From an uncultured Fibrobacterota bacterium (GTDB taxonomy: Bacteria > Fibrobacterota > Chitinivibrionia > Chitinivibrionales > FEN-1185), in assembly GCA_963729895.1 (NCBI GenBank), contig CAVSQB010000031.1:1-64000 (forward strand): a DNA stretch of 64,000 nt. The letters are read 5' to 3'. The position numbers and the translations under genes are program-made. The notes below the pieces were generated by a model that ran no database searches, was not told where the DNA came from, and saw only the letters and a list, made by a program, of their open reading frames with translations. This document shows positions 36,570 through 46,843 of the stretch, one piece after another. Within the stretch, counting starts at the first letter, position 1. Each line of letters begins with the position of its first letter.

Positions 36570-37881
36570 CAGGTTGTTGAAATAGTCCTAACAGAAGCGC
36601 TCTTGTTGATTTTTTATGAACCTAACTTCAACTTTACATATGTCAGAGAGGTTTTACCTGCCTCGTTCCGAGGCATTTCCCCGGATTCCCAGGCCATTCT
36701 CATGCTGCCCCCACCGTTTGCGGCATCAACTTAACCATGCGTATCAAGTTGTACGCTGCGGCAACCACGTAGGCAACAGTCTGGTTGATTCGTATTCCTC
36801 TTACCCGAGTTTTCCGCAGGCCACCGACGCTCTTGATCCACCCAAATATCTCTTCAACCCGTTTTCGTTTCCGTTGACTTACGCTGTATCCCTTATGCCG
36901 AGTCGTTCTTCCATCCAACCCTTTAAGCGAAGTGTTGGCCTTCTCGGCAATGTGAGGCTTCACGTGCAGGCGTCGCAGGCTCTTGATAAATTCGGTTGCA
37001 TGATACCCTTTGTCTGCACCCACCGTCTTCATCCGGCGTTTTCCGCGCCTGCGTTCATGCTTTATCAGCTCAAGCGCCATATCCCGTTCCGCTGTCCCCG
37101 TCGCTGGCGCAATGGCGATATCAACACACAACCCATTTCGGTTTTCCATCAGCACGTGACCGGAATACGCCAGCTGCGCTCCCGTTCTCTTGTTCTTCCG
37201 AGCCAACAGCGCCTCTGGATCGGTCGAACTCTGATGTGTCTCATTGCTTCGCTTCTCATGGTGGAAATCAACCGACGGATTACTCCGATCATCGTCAGTC
37301 TTGTTCGCCGATTCCGCGTCTTTTCGCTTGAAGCTCTTCATCGATGCCCAGGCTTCAATCAACGTGCCGTCAACCGTGAAATGCTCATCGGACAACAACT
37401 CTTCGGAACGAGCAAGACGCACGATTTCCTGCATCAGCCGGTGCGCAATCTCCTGTTCCATAAGTCGATCTCGGTTCTTCGAAAACACACTATGATCAAA
37501 CGATGCCGCATCCAGATCCATGTCAAGAAACCATCGGAACAGAATGTTATAGTCCAGCATCTCGCAAAACAACCGGTCCGACCGTATCGAAAACAAAGCC
37601 ATCAATATCTGTGCTTTCAAAAGCCATTCCGGCGGTATCGAAGGGCGTCCCATCCGGCTGTACATCGCCTCAAAGTCACGAGAAAGGCGGCGCAGCGCTA
37701 TGTCCGTAAACTGTTTGACACGACGAAGCGGGTGCGTTGCCGGCACTCGGGAATCCGGAGAAACGAAGCTGAACATACCGCCTTGGGCTGGCTGGGAACC
37801 TCTCATCAATACTCCTTGGTTGGGGTTCCCCTATAATATAAGGATAAATGTTTACAAAAGGGAGACTTTTTCAACACCCTG
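36570..37881 (-). mobile_element. IS5-family element, copy 2 (1312 bp)
   Basis: Inverted near-identical copy of 4477-5788; CTAG duplication at 36566-36569 and 37882-37885. Confidence 0.95.
36700..37809 (-). CDS. IS5-family transposase
   Basis: Protein identical to 4549-5658. Confidence 0.93.
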   Translation of the reverse strand: MMRGSQPAQGGMFSFVSPDSRVPATHPLRRVKQFTDIALRRLSRDFEAMYSRMGRPSIPPEWLLKAQILMALFSIRSDRLFCEMLDYNILFRWFLDMDLDAASFDHSVFSKNRDRLMEQEIAHRLMQEIVRLARSEELLSDEHFTVDGTLIEAWASMKSFKRKDAESANKTDDDRSNPSVDFHHEKRSNETHQSSTDPEALLARKNKRTGAQLAYSGHVLMENRNGLCVDIAIAPATGTAERDMALELIKHERRRGKRRMKTVGADKGYHATEFIKSLRRLHVKPHIAEKANTSLKGLDGRTTRHKGYSVSQRKRKRVEEIFGWIKSVGGLRKTRVRGIRINQTVAYVVAAAYNLIRMVKLMPQTVGAA

Positions 37882-38123
37882 CTAGTGTGCGCGCAGCAGG
37901 CGTTTCGGCCCCGCCGCTGAAGGTCCCTCGCCGCACATGCTCAGCAAACCAAAATTAGATCTGATTCTGACCGCATTGTGAAAAACCGTATTCCTCCTTT
38001 GCACCATGTCACTCCTTCCCCCCAAATCTTCTCCAACGCCCATCCGTAATGAAGTATTTTTTCCCCTGTTACAACGCCAATCCCCGCACTCCGGGCAACG
38101 GTCAAAACCAGGGACCTTTTTCC

Positions 38124-38360
38124 ATGTGCCTCGCGGTTCCCGCAAAAGTGATCTCCATCGAGGGTTCCATCGCCACGGTCGACATGATGGGCAACACCAC
38201 CTCTGCCGACGTTTCGTTGCTCGAAAACGTCACCGTCGGTGACTACGTCCTGGTTCACGTCGGCTTTGCCATCCAGAAATACGATGAGGCGGAGGCGAAG
38301 ATAACGCTCGACTTGCTTCAGGAACTCGCCCAAACGGTGGAGCCCCATGAGCCTGGTTGA
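38124..38360 (+). CDS. hypC: Hydrogenase assembly chaperone
   Basis: MCLAVPAKV..VGDYVLVHVGFAI. Confidence 0.95.
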   Translation: MCLAVPAKVISIEGSIATVDMMGNTTSADVSLLENVTVGDYVLVHVGFAIQKYDEAEAKITLDLLQELAQTVEPHEPG

Positions 38361-39435
38361 CTTTTCCGACCCATCCACCGCCGGGCTGCTGCTCGAAAGA
38401 ATTGCGGCCGCCGCGCATTCGCTCGGGAGCGTTCGCATCATGGAAGTGTGCGGCACGCACACCATGGAAATCGGCAGGCTGGGGCTGCGCTCACTTCTTC
38501 CCAAGAATGTTGAACTTGTTTCCGGGCCCGGTTGCCCGGTGTGCGTGACGAGCGGCGCCTACCTGGACGCGGCCGCCGCCATCGCGCTGTCGAGGAATTT
38601 CCGCATTGTCACCTACGGCGACTTGGTCCGCGTCCCCGGCCTGCGCACGTCGCTTGACGAAGCGAAATCCAACGGGGCGGCAATCGACGTGGTGACCTCG
38701 GCGTTGCAGGCCGTGGAGATCGCGCGGCGGAAACCCAACGAGCAGGTGATTTTTCTCGCGGTCGGATTCGAAACCACCGCGCCCGCGTCGGCAAAGGCCG
38801 TCTCCATTGCACAACAGGAAGGCATCCCCAATCTCTCGTTTTTCGTGTCGCACAAAACGGTGCCGCCCGCGCTGTCCGTACTGGTTGCGGACAAGGAACT
38901 TGGAATTTCCGGATTTCTCCTTCCCGGCCATGTGAGCGCCATCATAGGGGAGAAACCCTATGTGCCCCTTGCGCAGCAGGGATTGCCCGCCGTCATAACG
39001 GGGTTTGAGCCGCTCGACATTCTGAGCGGCATCACCATGGTGTGCGACATGCTCGTGCACAAACGGGCCTCGGTGCTCAACGGGTATCAGCGTGTTGTCA
39101 AACGCGAAGGGAATCCGCGCGCCGTCGAAATGGTGTACCGCGTGTTTGACGTTGCCGACGCGGTGTGGCGCGGGATCGGCCTGATACCCGGAAGCGGGCT
39201 CGCGCTCAAGCCGGAATTCCGGGAGTATGATGCGTCAATCAGATTCGGCATCCCTCCGGACGGCGGCGCGGCCGATATGCCCGAAGCGTGTTCGTGCGGA
39301 GACGTGCTCAGGGGCCGCCTCAGGCCCGATGCGTGCCCTCTTTTCGGGACATCCTGCACGCCCGAGCGTCCGGTCGGCCCGTGCATGGTTTCGAGCGAAG
39401 GATCGTGCGCGGCCTATTTCAAGTACGGAGCATAG
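38347..39435 (+). CDS. hypD: Hydrogenase formation protein
   Basis: MEVCGTHT, GPGCPVC, GFETT, PGHVS, GPCMVSSEGSCAA. Confidence 0.95.
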   Translation: MSLVDFSDPSTAGLLLERIAAAAHSLGSVRIMEVCGTHTMEIGRLGLRSLLPKNVELVSGPGCPVCVTSGAYLDAAAAIALSRNFRIVTYGDLVRVPGLRTSLDEAKSNGAAIDVVTSALQAVEIARRKPNEQVIFLAVGFETTAPASAKAVSIAQQEGIPNLSFFVSHKTVPPALSVLVADKELGISGFLLPGHVSAIIGEKPYVPLAQQGLPAVITGFEPLDILSGITMVCDMLVHKRASVLNGYQRVVKREGNPRAVEMVYRVFDVADAVWRGIGLIPGSGLALKPEFREYDASIRFGIPPDGGAADMPEACSCGDVLRGRLRPDACPLFGTSCTPERPVGPCMVSSEGSCAAYFKYGA

Positions 39436-39438
39436 CAG

Positions 39439-40446
39439 ATGACCAGCGCAACGGTTCGCATGTCGCACGGATCCGGCAAGGGCAACAAGGAGTTGCTGGA
39501 GACCGTGGTGTTTCCGGCGCTTATTCCCGGCAGGGTGGGAACGCTGGAAGACGCGTTCATCTTTGATATTCCGGGCCGCCGTTTTGCCTTTACCACCGAT
39601 TCTTTCGTCGTGTCGCCCCTCGAATTTCCGGGAGGCGATATCGGCAAGCTTGCGGCCTGCGGCACCATAAACGATCTTGCCATGATGGCGGCAAAGTCCA
39701 TTTTGCTCTCCGTCGCGCTCATCCTCGAGGAAGGCCTCGACCTGCAGCTTTTGGCCAAGATGCTTCGGTCCCTGTCTTCGGTCTGTTCGTCGCAGGGCGT
39801 GCGAATCGCGTGCGGCGACACCAAGGTTGTTGACAAAGGAAAAGCCGACGGCATGTTTATCACCGCGTCGGGCATCGGCATCGTCAAAGTCGGCATTTCT
39901 CTGTCCGCCGCGAATGCAAAGCCCGGCGACGCGGTTCTCGTGAGCGGCGGCATCGGCCTTCACGGCATCACCGTGCTTTCCCAGCGTGCAAACCTACACT
40001 TCGCCTCGGCTGCGGTTTCCGATTGCGCGCCGTTGTTCGGTATATCCGATGCGCTTTTGTCGGCCGCTCCGTTCACGCGGACCATGCGCGACGCGACGCG
40101 CGGCGGTTTAGCGGCCGTGCTGTGCGAAATAGCCGAATCATCAAAGGTGTGCATCGTGGTCCGCGAAGACGCGGTGCCGGTGCCGGATGTTGTGCGCGGC
40201 GCGTGCGCGTTTCTCGGCATGGACCCTTTCCATATCGCTAATGAAGGACGGTTCGCGGCCATCGTTCCTCCGGAGCAGGCCGAGAGCGCGCTTGCCGCGC
40301 TTCGCGCCCATCCGCAGGGCAGGGACGCGGCGATCATCGGGACCGTTGCCCCACCGGGCAAATTCCCGGTCCTTCTCAAGACGTCCATCGGCGGCACCCG
40401 GCCGCTCGAGATGCCGCCGGGCGACATCCTGCCCAGGATCTGTTAG
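39439..40446 (+). CDS. hypE: Carbamoyl dehydratase
   Basis: TTDSFVV..FPGGDIGKLA, GDTKVV, RDATRGG, C-terminal PRIC. Confidence 0.95.
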   Translation: MTSATVRMSHGSGKGNKELLETVVFPALIPGRVGTLEDAFIFDIPGRRFAFTTDSFVVSPLEFPGGDIGKLAACGTINDLAMMAAKSILLSVALILEEGLDLQLLAKMLRSLSSVCSSQGVRIACGDTKVVDKGKADGMFITASGIGIVKVGISLSAANAKPGDAVLVSGGIGLHGITVLSQRANLHFASAAVSDCAPLFGISDALLSAAPFTRTMRDATRGGLAAVLCEIAESSKVCIVVREDAVPVPDVVRGACAFLGMDPFHIANEGRFAAIVPPEQAESALAALRAHPQGRDAAIIGTVAPPGKFPVLLKTSIGGTRPLEMPPGDILPRIC

Positions 40447-40450
40447 CGCA

Positions 40451-41869
40451 GTGCCAAAGGAGAACCGCCCCGTGCTGCCCATCGTCTCCATTGTCGGACG
40501 GCCCAACGTCGGGAAATCGTGCCTGTTCAACCGTATTCTTGGAAAGAAAGTTGCGGTCGTCGACGATTTGCCCGGCGTCACGCGCGACAGGAACTATCGC
40601 ACGTCGGTGTGGAATGGGTGCGCGTTCTCCCTGGTGGACACAGGCGGCCTCATTCCGTCGTCGCCCGACGCCATGGCGCAGGACATCGCGAAGCAGGTGG
40701 CGGTCGCGTGCGAAGAATCGGCCGTGATCCTGTTTGTAGTCGACGCGAAGAACGGGGTCACCGGTTTTGACGTGAGCGTGGCCCGTACCCTCCGCAAGCA
40801 AGGCAAGGAGAACGTTCTTCTCGTCCTGAACAAGTCGGAATCAAAGTCCGCTCAAAACGATCTCGGCATGTTCATGGCCCTCGGCCTGGGCGAAGGCCAT
40901 CCCGTAAGCGCCCTGCACGGCTACGGCGTGGGAGACCTGCTCGACGCATCGGTCGCCATGCTCAAGCGCGCGGGAAAGAAAGAGCCCACATCGTCGGCGC
41001 ATGTTGACGATCGCGACATTCTCAAGATCGCCGTGGTGGGCAGGCCCAACGCCGGAAAATCGTCCCTGGTGAACAAGCTGCTCGGCCACAACCGCATGAT
41101 CGTCCGCCCCGACCCGGGCACCACACGCGACTCCATAGATTCACGTATGGCCTACAAGGACCGCGACATCATGCTCATCGACACGGCGGGCCTGCGGAAA
41201 AAAGCAAATGTCAAAGAGGACATCGAGTACTACTGTAACCTGCGCGCCATAGACGCCATTGTCCGCTCTGACGTTGCCGTGCTCGTGGTAGATGCCGCGC
41301 TTGGAATACACGAGCAGGACCTTCGCATTGTGCGGAAAGTGGTTGATTCGCACGGGGGAATCCTCGTGTGCTGGAACAAATGGGACATTGTTGCCAAGAC
41401 GCACACGACATTCGACAGGCTGGTTGCACAAACAAGAAGAGCCTACATGGAACTTGCGCACGCGCCCATGGTGTCCGCGTCGGCCATGACCGGCCAGCGC
41501 GTGACCGCGGTCCTCGACCGCACCGTCGAAATTCACCGGCGGATGCGCACGCGCGTGGACCCCGAGCGGCTCGCGGAACTCATCGCAGAATGGACCGCTG
41601 CGCATCCCCACCCCATCAGCGAAAACAGGCAGGTGTCAATCACGGGCTGCGTGCAGGCCGATGCGCCGTTTCCTTTGTTTCACGTGGTATCCACAAATCC
41701 GCGCAGCGCGGTTTCCAGCTACAAACGGTTCATCGCAAACAAGCTCTATACCGCGTTCGACTTCGAGGGATGCCCCCTTGTGGTGGACTTTGTTCCCGTT
41801 CGCAGGAGGCACCATGGGGAGACGGAAGACTGCGCAGCATCGTCGTTGAAAGGAGAGGCCGTCCAGTGA
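40451..41869 (+). CDS. der: Ribosome biogenesis GTPase Der
   Basis: Two G domains (GRPNVGKS..DTGG; GRPNAGKS..DTAG); start 40451 or 40472. Confidence 0.93.
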   Translation: MPKENRPVLPIVSIVGRPNVGKSCLFNRILGKKVAVVDDLPGVTRDRNYRTSVWNGCAFSLVDTGGLIPSSPDAMAQDIAKQVAVACEESAVILFVVDAKNGVTGFDVSVARTLRKQGKENVLLVLNKSESKSAQNDLGMFMALGLGEGHPVSALHGYGVGDLLDASVAMLKRAGKKEPTSSAHVDDRDILKIAVVGRPNAGKSSLVNKLLGHNRMIVRPDPGTTRDSIDSRMAYKDRDIMLIDTAGLRKKANVKEDIEYYCNLRAIDAIVRSDVAVLVVDAALGIHEQDLRIVRKVVDSHGGILVCWNKWDIVAKTHTTFDRLVAQTRRAYMELAHAPMVSASAMTGQRVTAVLDRTVEIHRRMRTRVDPERLAELIAEWTAAHPHPISENRQVSITGCVQADAPFPLFHVVSTNPRSAVSSYKRFIANKLYTAFDFEGCPLVVDFVPVRRRHHGETEDCAASSLKGEAVQ

Positions 41870-42882
41870 ACATCACTATTCTCGGCGGCGGAAGCTGGGC
41901 CATTGCTCTTGCCGTGATGCTGAGGGGAAAGAACCACGGCATCAGGATGTGGGAATACAACAAGAAAGACGCCGAGATGCTCAGGGCGAGGCGCGAGCAC
42001 CCGCAGAAGCTGCCCGGCATCAAGCTGCCGCAGGACGTTCTTATTACAAGCGATATCCGCGACGCCATGGACGCATCGGAGTATGTGCTCTGCGTTGTGC
42101 CGTCGCAAACGATGAGGGCTACGTGCAAGACCCTTGCGGCGGCGCTCGATAGACAATCCATTGATAAAGTACAAGGATGGGTGGTGGCGGCAAAGGGAAT
42201 CGAATGCGGGACGCTTAAGCTCATGACCGAGGTACTTGCCGACGAAATCCCGGGACTGACGCCTGCCAAGCTGGTGGTGCTGTCCGGACCGTCGCTCGCC
42301 GCCGAGGTCTCCCGCGGCATCCCGACAACGGTGGTAGCCGCTTCAAAGAATCTCGAACTTGCCACGAGGATCCAGAAGGAATTCTCGACCGACACGTTCC
42401 GCATCTACACGAACACCGACGTGATCGGCGTGGAGCTCGCCGCAAGCGTCAAGAACGTCATCGCCCTTGCGGCCGGCATCTGCGACGGGCTCGGCCTGGG
42501 CGACAATACCAAGGGCGCGCTGCTGACGCGCGGCATGGCCGAGATCGTTCGGCTCGGCGCAAAAATGGGCGCAAAAGAACAGACGTTTTTCGGCCTCACG
42601 GGCATCGGCGACCTGATCACCACCTGCATAAGCCGTCATTCGCGCAACCGCAACATGGGGGAACTCATCGCGTCCGGCCTGTCACTCTCGGAAGCGCTCG
42701 CCAGGACCGTAATGGTTGCCGAAGGGGTCGAGACGGCAAAATCAACCTATGCTCTCGCCAAACGCCACAACATTGAAATGCCCATCACCACCCAGGTGTA
42801 CAAAACGCTTTTCGAGGGAAAACCCGTCAAGGAAGCGGTGAGAGATTTGATGCTGCGGGAGTCGAAACCAGAGCGGTGGTAA
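41866..42882 (+). CDS. gpsA: NAD(P)H-dependent glycerol-3-phosphate dehydrogenase
   Basis: LGGGSWAIALA, LSGPS, KNVIALAAG, GDLITTC..SRN. Confidence 0.95.
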   Translation: MNITILGGGSWAIALAVMLRGKNHGIRMWEYNKKDAEMLRARREHPQKLPGIKLPQDVLITSDIRDAMDASEYVLCVVPSQTMRATCKTLAAALDRQSIDKVQGWVVAAKGIECGTLKLMTEVLADEIPGLTPAKLVVLSGPSLAAEVSRGIPTTVVAASKNLELATRIQKEFSTDTFRIYTNTDVIGVELAASVKNVIALAAGICDGLGLGDNTKGALLTRGMAEIVRLGAKMGAKEQTFFGLTGIGDLITTCISRHSRNRNMGELIASGLSLSEALARTVMVAEGVETAKSTYALAKRHNIEMPITTQVYKTLFEGKPVKEAVRDLMLRESKPERW

Positions 42883-42994
42883 CATAAAAAACGTGCACCG
42901 CCCCCTGTTATATAGTATAATTGTTTGTTGTTAACACCAAACGTCATCCAAACGTTCTAACTGGCCTTTTTGTAATCTATTACCCGGTGCTGTA

Positions 42995-43378
42995 ATGCTT
43001 GACAATAAGAAAACCTACTATTCGATAAGCGAGGTTTGCACCAAGACCGCGCTCGAACCCCACGTACTGCGGTATTGGGAAAGCGAATTCGCGCAGCTGC
43101 GGCCCAAAAAGAACCGCGCAGGCAACAGGGCATACCGCGACAAGGACATCGAGATAATCAAGTACATCAAATACCTGCTTTACGAAGAGCAATATACCAT
43201 TCCGGGCGCAAAAAAGAAACTCGCTGAGACAAAGGAATTCGACATCCCTGCCCAAATGCAGCTCCCGCTTGCGGCGGCAGCCGCTCCTCCTGCCCGGGAA
43301 ACCCCTGCTTCAAACGGGCACCTCATTCGAGAGGTCTCCTCCGAATTGCGATCGGTTCTCCAGATTCTGAAACGGTAA
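42995..43378 (+). CDS. MerR-family HTH regulator
   Basis: YYSISEV..PHVLRYWESEF..PKKNRAGNRAY..LLYEEQYTIPGA. Confidence 0.88.
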   Translation: MLDNKKTYYSISEVCTKTALEPHVLRYWESEFAQLRPKKNRAGNRAYRDKDIEIIKYIKYLLYEEQYTIPGAKKKLAETKEFDIPAQMQLPLAAAAAPPARETPASNGHLIREVSSELRSVLQILKR

Positions 43379-43488
43379 TCGGAAGTATTCGATCGGGTGC
43401 GGATTCGGATGATCTCGTGGCTCCACAGTGACCTGATACCAGGGCCCGAGGGTGGCAAGTCAAGCCCCGGCAGATATTCCCTTTCCGG

Positions 43489-44469
43489 TCATGCTCCCTG
43501 TTTCCGTTTTCGTTTTCCCTGAAACAGCATCGGCCCCAGCGCCTCCATCACTGAGAACAGCGACGTATAGGAACCTATCGAATAATACTGGTACCAGCCG
43601 CAGTTCCGTTTGCACTGTCTCATGGAAGCGCGGAAGGCCCTCGCCTCGGCGGTGGAAAGCCATGTCGTGAGGTCGACGGCGGAGAGATCCGGCCCCTTTG
43701 TCCCGAGGATGTGGCAGGGATAATACAGCCGCCCGTCCGGCGCGACAATCACCGACGCCGGCGAGCACCTGGCCCCGCGGAACGCCTCAAAATATCCCTG
43801 CGGGGTATGAATTGTCAACGGATACTTCCTCCTGAGGCCGGCAAGCGTTGTTTCGAGAATTGAAATATCGGGAAAGAAGTCGTCGGTGTCGTCCATGTGG
43901 GTTGCGGGAATAATCACGATGTTTGCCCCGGCCTCACGGCATTTCTTCACCTTTTCCTCGAGGGCGCCGGCGGTCTTTGACGTCACCACCACCTGCACCG
44001 ACACCTGGCTTTCCAGGCGCCGCACAAGTTCCGGCAGCGCGCCGTACAACTCCAGGTTATTATGGCCTTCGTCAATTGATATATGGAAGAAGTCGATGGA
44101 CCGGCCGTACTCTTCGAGCGGATACTCAAGGATGTTCTTGACGCTCGTGGTGAACAGGAGGTAGAAGCGGCTGCGTTCTCTCGCATACCGCAGAAGCTCG
44201 CCGATGTCGTCGCGCAAAAGCGGCTCACCGCCCTCGAAGCTGGTCATGAGGACCGGCGACCGCGACAGGTTGTCGAGGATTGCCTTGACCCGGGCCGTCG
44301 AAAGATCGGGGCAGGGCGTGTTCTTCACATTACAGAACGGGCAGCCGAAATGACAGCGCGAGGTCAGCTTGAACGAAGCGTAGAACGGGTACACCGCCTC
44401 ACGGCGCGCGATGTTTACGGCAAGGCCTTTGAGAGTGGATGCGTACCACGACGCCGGCAGAATTCGCAT
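43489..44469 (-). CDS. Radical SAM protein with C-terminal Cys cluster
   Basis: CHFGCPFC (CxxxCxxC), GGEPLLR, YPC..CKRNC. Confidence 0.88.
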   Translation of the reverse strand: MRILPASWYASTLKGLAVNIARREAVYPFYASFKLTSRCHFGCPFCNVKNTPCPDLSTARVKAILDNLSRSPVLMTSFEGGEPLLRDDIGELLRYARERSRFYLLFTTSVKNILEYPLEEYGRSIDFFHISIDEGHNNLELYGALPELVRRLESQVSVQVVVTSKTAGALEEKVKKCREAGANIVIIPATHMDDTDDFFPDISILETTLAGLRRKYPLTIHTPQGYFEAFRGARCSPASVIVAPDGRLYYPCHILGTKGPDLSAVDLTTWLSTAEARAFRASMRQCKRNCGWYQYYSIGSYTSLFSVMEALGPMLFQGKRKRKQGA

Positions 44470-44517
44470 GGGTGAAATATACCTTATGTTCCTCGCCGCA
44501 GAGCCGGCCGCGCGGCG

Positions 44518-44973
44518 CTACCGAACCACTTCGATCCTCACCCGAGCTTTTCCTGTTTTGTCAATTCCGAGCGCCGCGGCGGCCGCGTACGACAGATCGA
44601 TGATGCGGGCGCGGGAGAACGGCCCCCTGTCGTTGATGCGGACAACCACCCACGTTCCGGCCTGCATGTTGGTCACCTTCACCATCGTACCAAAAGGGAG
44701 CGTCCGGTGCGCGGCGGTAAACGTGTGCATATTGAACCGCTCGCCGCTTGCGGTCTTTCTTCCGTTGAATTCCTTTCCGTAATAACTGGCGATGCCGACG
44801 CTCGGGCCAAAGGCGCCGCTCCAGCCTTCGGTAGCGCGCGCATGGGCCGACAGCGCGGGTGCGCAGCAGTCAAGAAATGCGATGGCAAGCGAGGCGGCAA
44901 GGGGCGCAACGAGCAGCCGCCCGCGCGAGCCCAAGGGACGGCATGATTCGCTCTTGACAATTCCGGGCATCAT
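44518..44973 (-). CDS. RlpA-family (DPBB) protein
   Basis: GIASYYG..TASGE..TAAHRTLPFGT..VRINDRGPF..IIDLS. Confidence 0.9.
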   Translation of the reverse strand: MMPGIVKSESCRPLGSRGRLLVAPLAASLAIAFLDCCAPALSAHARATEGWSGAFGPSVGIASYYGKEFNGRKTASGERFNMHTFTAAHRTLPFGTMVKVTNMQAGTWVVVRINDRGPFSRARIIDLSYAAAAALGIDKTGKARVRIEVVR

Positions 44974-44984
44974 GTGACGGGCGG

Positions 44985-45890
44985 TCAGGGAATAAACAGG
45001 TGGAGGTCTTTGATGCTTGTCACGTTTTCCCGTTCGCAAAAGTCCATAATTCCCGCGAGCACATGCGACACGGTGGAAGGATCGACGAAATTCGAGGTGC
45101 CGATCTGGACGGCCGATGCGCCGGCGAGCAGGTATTGCAAGGCGTCCTGCGCACTGGTGATGCCGCCCATGCCGATAACCGGGATTGACACGGCCCTGCT
45201 TACCGCATAGGCGGCGGCAACGCCGACAGGCCTGATTGCGGGACCGGAAAGGCCGCCTGTTCCAAGCGGCAGCACCGGTTTCTTTGCGGCAACATCTATC
45301 ACCATGCCCACCAGCGTATTGATACACGACACTGCGTCCGCACCACCCTCCTGCGCTGCCCTGGCAATAACCCCGATGTCGGTGACGTTCGGCGTGAGCT
45401 TCACAATAAGCGGCTTTCCGGTACGTCCGCGAAGGCGGGCGGTGAGGTGCTCCACCTGCACGGGATCGGTGCCGAACGCCATGCCGCCGTGTTTCACATT
45501 GGGGCATGAGACGTTGATTTCGTATCCCCAAATTCCATTGCATGTTTCCAGTTTGTCGAGCACCGCGGCATATTCGTCGGCAGTGCCACCGGCGATGTTG
45601 ACAACAACGGCGGACGGCAGGCCCGCGCAATAGGGCATCTTCTCCGCAATGAACCGGTCGACCCCGACGTTGGCCAGCCCGATGGAATTGAGAAGACCGG
45701 ACGGCGTCTCGATGATCCTGGGAATGTCGTTTCCGGGCCGGGGCGCGAGCGTGACGGCCTTTGTGTACAGCGCGCCGATTGCCGAAAAGTCAACGAGCTG
45801 CTCGTACTCACTGCCGTAGCCGAAAGTTCCCGAAGCAACGCCAACGGGGTTGGAGAGTTTCTTTCCACCTATCTCGACGCTCAGGTCCAC
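44985..45890 (-). CDS. pyrD: Dihydroorotate dehydrogenase 1B catalytic subunit
   Basis: ASGTFGYG, NSIGLAN, EINVSCPN, VKLTPNVTDI, GGLSGPAI. Confidence 0.93.
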   Translation of the reverse strand: MDLSVEIGGKKLSNPVGVASGTFGYGSEYEQLVDFSAIGALYTKAVTLAPRPGNDIPRIIETPSGLLNSIGLANVGVDRFIAEKMPYCAGLPSAVVVNIAGGTADEYAAVLDKLETCNGIWGYEINVSCPNVKHGGMAFGTDPVQVEHLTARLRGRTGKPLIVKLTPNVTDIGVIARAAQEGGADAVSCINTLVGMVIDVAAKKPVLPLGTGGLSGPAIRPVGVAAAYAVSRAVSIPVIGMGGITSAQDALQYLLAGASAVQIGTSNFVDPSTVSHVLAGIMDFCERENVTSIKDLHLFIP

Positions 45891-46711
45891 ACGATCCTCC
45901 TGCTGTCGAACACGGGACCTTCGGTGCACGCGCGGGCATACCCGTTCGCGGCATCATTCACTTTCACGGCGCATCCCATACAGGCGCCGACTCCGCAGGC
46001 CATGGTTTGCTCCATGGCCACGAAGCACGGGTACCCGCGCGTCTGCGCCCAGCGGTGGCAAGCCAGGAGAAGGGGCAACGGTCCGCAGCAAAACACTGCG
46101 GCGTTTCCGCCCGGGTTCAAAGGGAGCGATTCCAGGTACGTGAGCGGAGTCCCTTTGATACCTTCACTTCCATCGTCCGTACAGACGATCGTCCGTGCGG
46201 AAGGGAGCGTTGCGAATCTTGGAAGCTGAGACTTTGTCCGGCAGCCGAGGACCAAAACGCAGCCCTGTGCGGTTTGTGCTAAGGCAGATGCCAGAAAGCG
46301 GATTGGACCGAACCCCGTTCCTCCGGCCACCAAATAAGTGGAGGAAATGCCGTGTGGCGTCACAACGGCAAAGTCGTTGCCGAGCGGACCGATAACGTCT
46401 ATCGAATCTCCCGGGGCTTTGCCCACAAGAAGCTCAGTCGCCGGCCCGCGTTTTTTGTAGGCAATCGAAGCGGTTCCCGCCTTTTCGTCGTACGACGAGA
46501 ACGCAAACGGCCTCCGCAGCAAGGGCGCCGTGAACGGCGACACCCGCAGGGTGCAGAACTGTCCGGGCCGGGGCACGCCGGCCGACCGGTCCCAAGCGAA
46601 CGTCAGTTCAAAGAAACAGTCCGACACGGGCGCATGAGACACGATGCTTGCAATAAACTGTTTCATCGTCCGTAAATTTGTCTTTCCGGGAGCGTGTTCC
46701 TGCTTATCCAT
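45881..46711 (-). CDS. pyrK: Dihydroorotate dehydrogenase electron transfer subunit
   Basis: PGQF, LRRPF, GPLGN, MACGVGACMGC..CTEGPVF; start may be 46666. Confidence 0.92.
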   Translation of the reverse strand: MDKQEHAPGKTNLRTMKQFIASIVSHAPVSDCFFELTFAWDRSAGVPRPGQFCTLRVSPFTAPLLRRPFAFSSYDEKAGTASIAYKKRGPATELLVGKAPGDSIDVIGPLGNDFAVVTPHGISSTYLVAGGTGFGPIRFLASALAQTAQGCVLVLGCRTKSQLPRFATLPSARTIVCTDDGSEGIKGTPLTYLESLPLNPGGNAAVFCCGPLPLLLACHRWAQTRGYPCFVAMEQTMACGVGACMGCAVKVNDAANGYARACTEGPVFDSRRIVWT

Positions 46712-46843
46712 GGTTAAATTAGTTTATGAGGGCCGAACGTGTCCCAATTTTCATGCGTCACAGGCGCGGGAATAGTATTTTGTAAGTTTGACAGATCAAA
46801 GCTATCCGTTGAAATCCTCCTGCCTAATTCAGGGCCCAAGCGA

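Larger units (their letters stand above)
36419..37977 (+). repeat. Repeat family A copy interrupted by IS5 at its CTAG
   Basis: 36419-36569 (left and middle) resumes at 37886 with TGTGCGCGCAGCAGGCGTTTCGG..GCCGCACATGCTCAGCAAACCAA. Confidence 0.88.
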
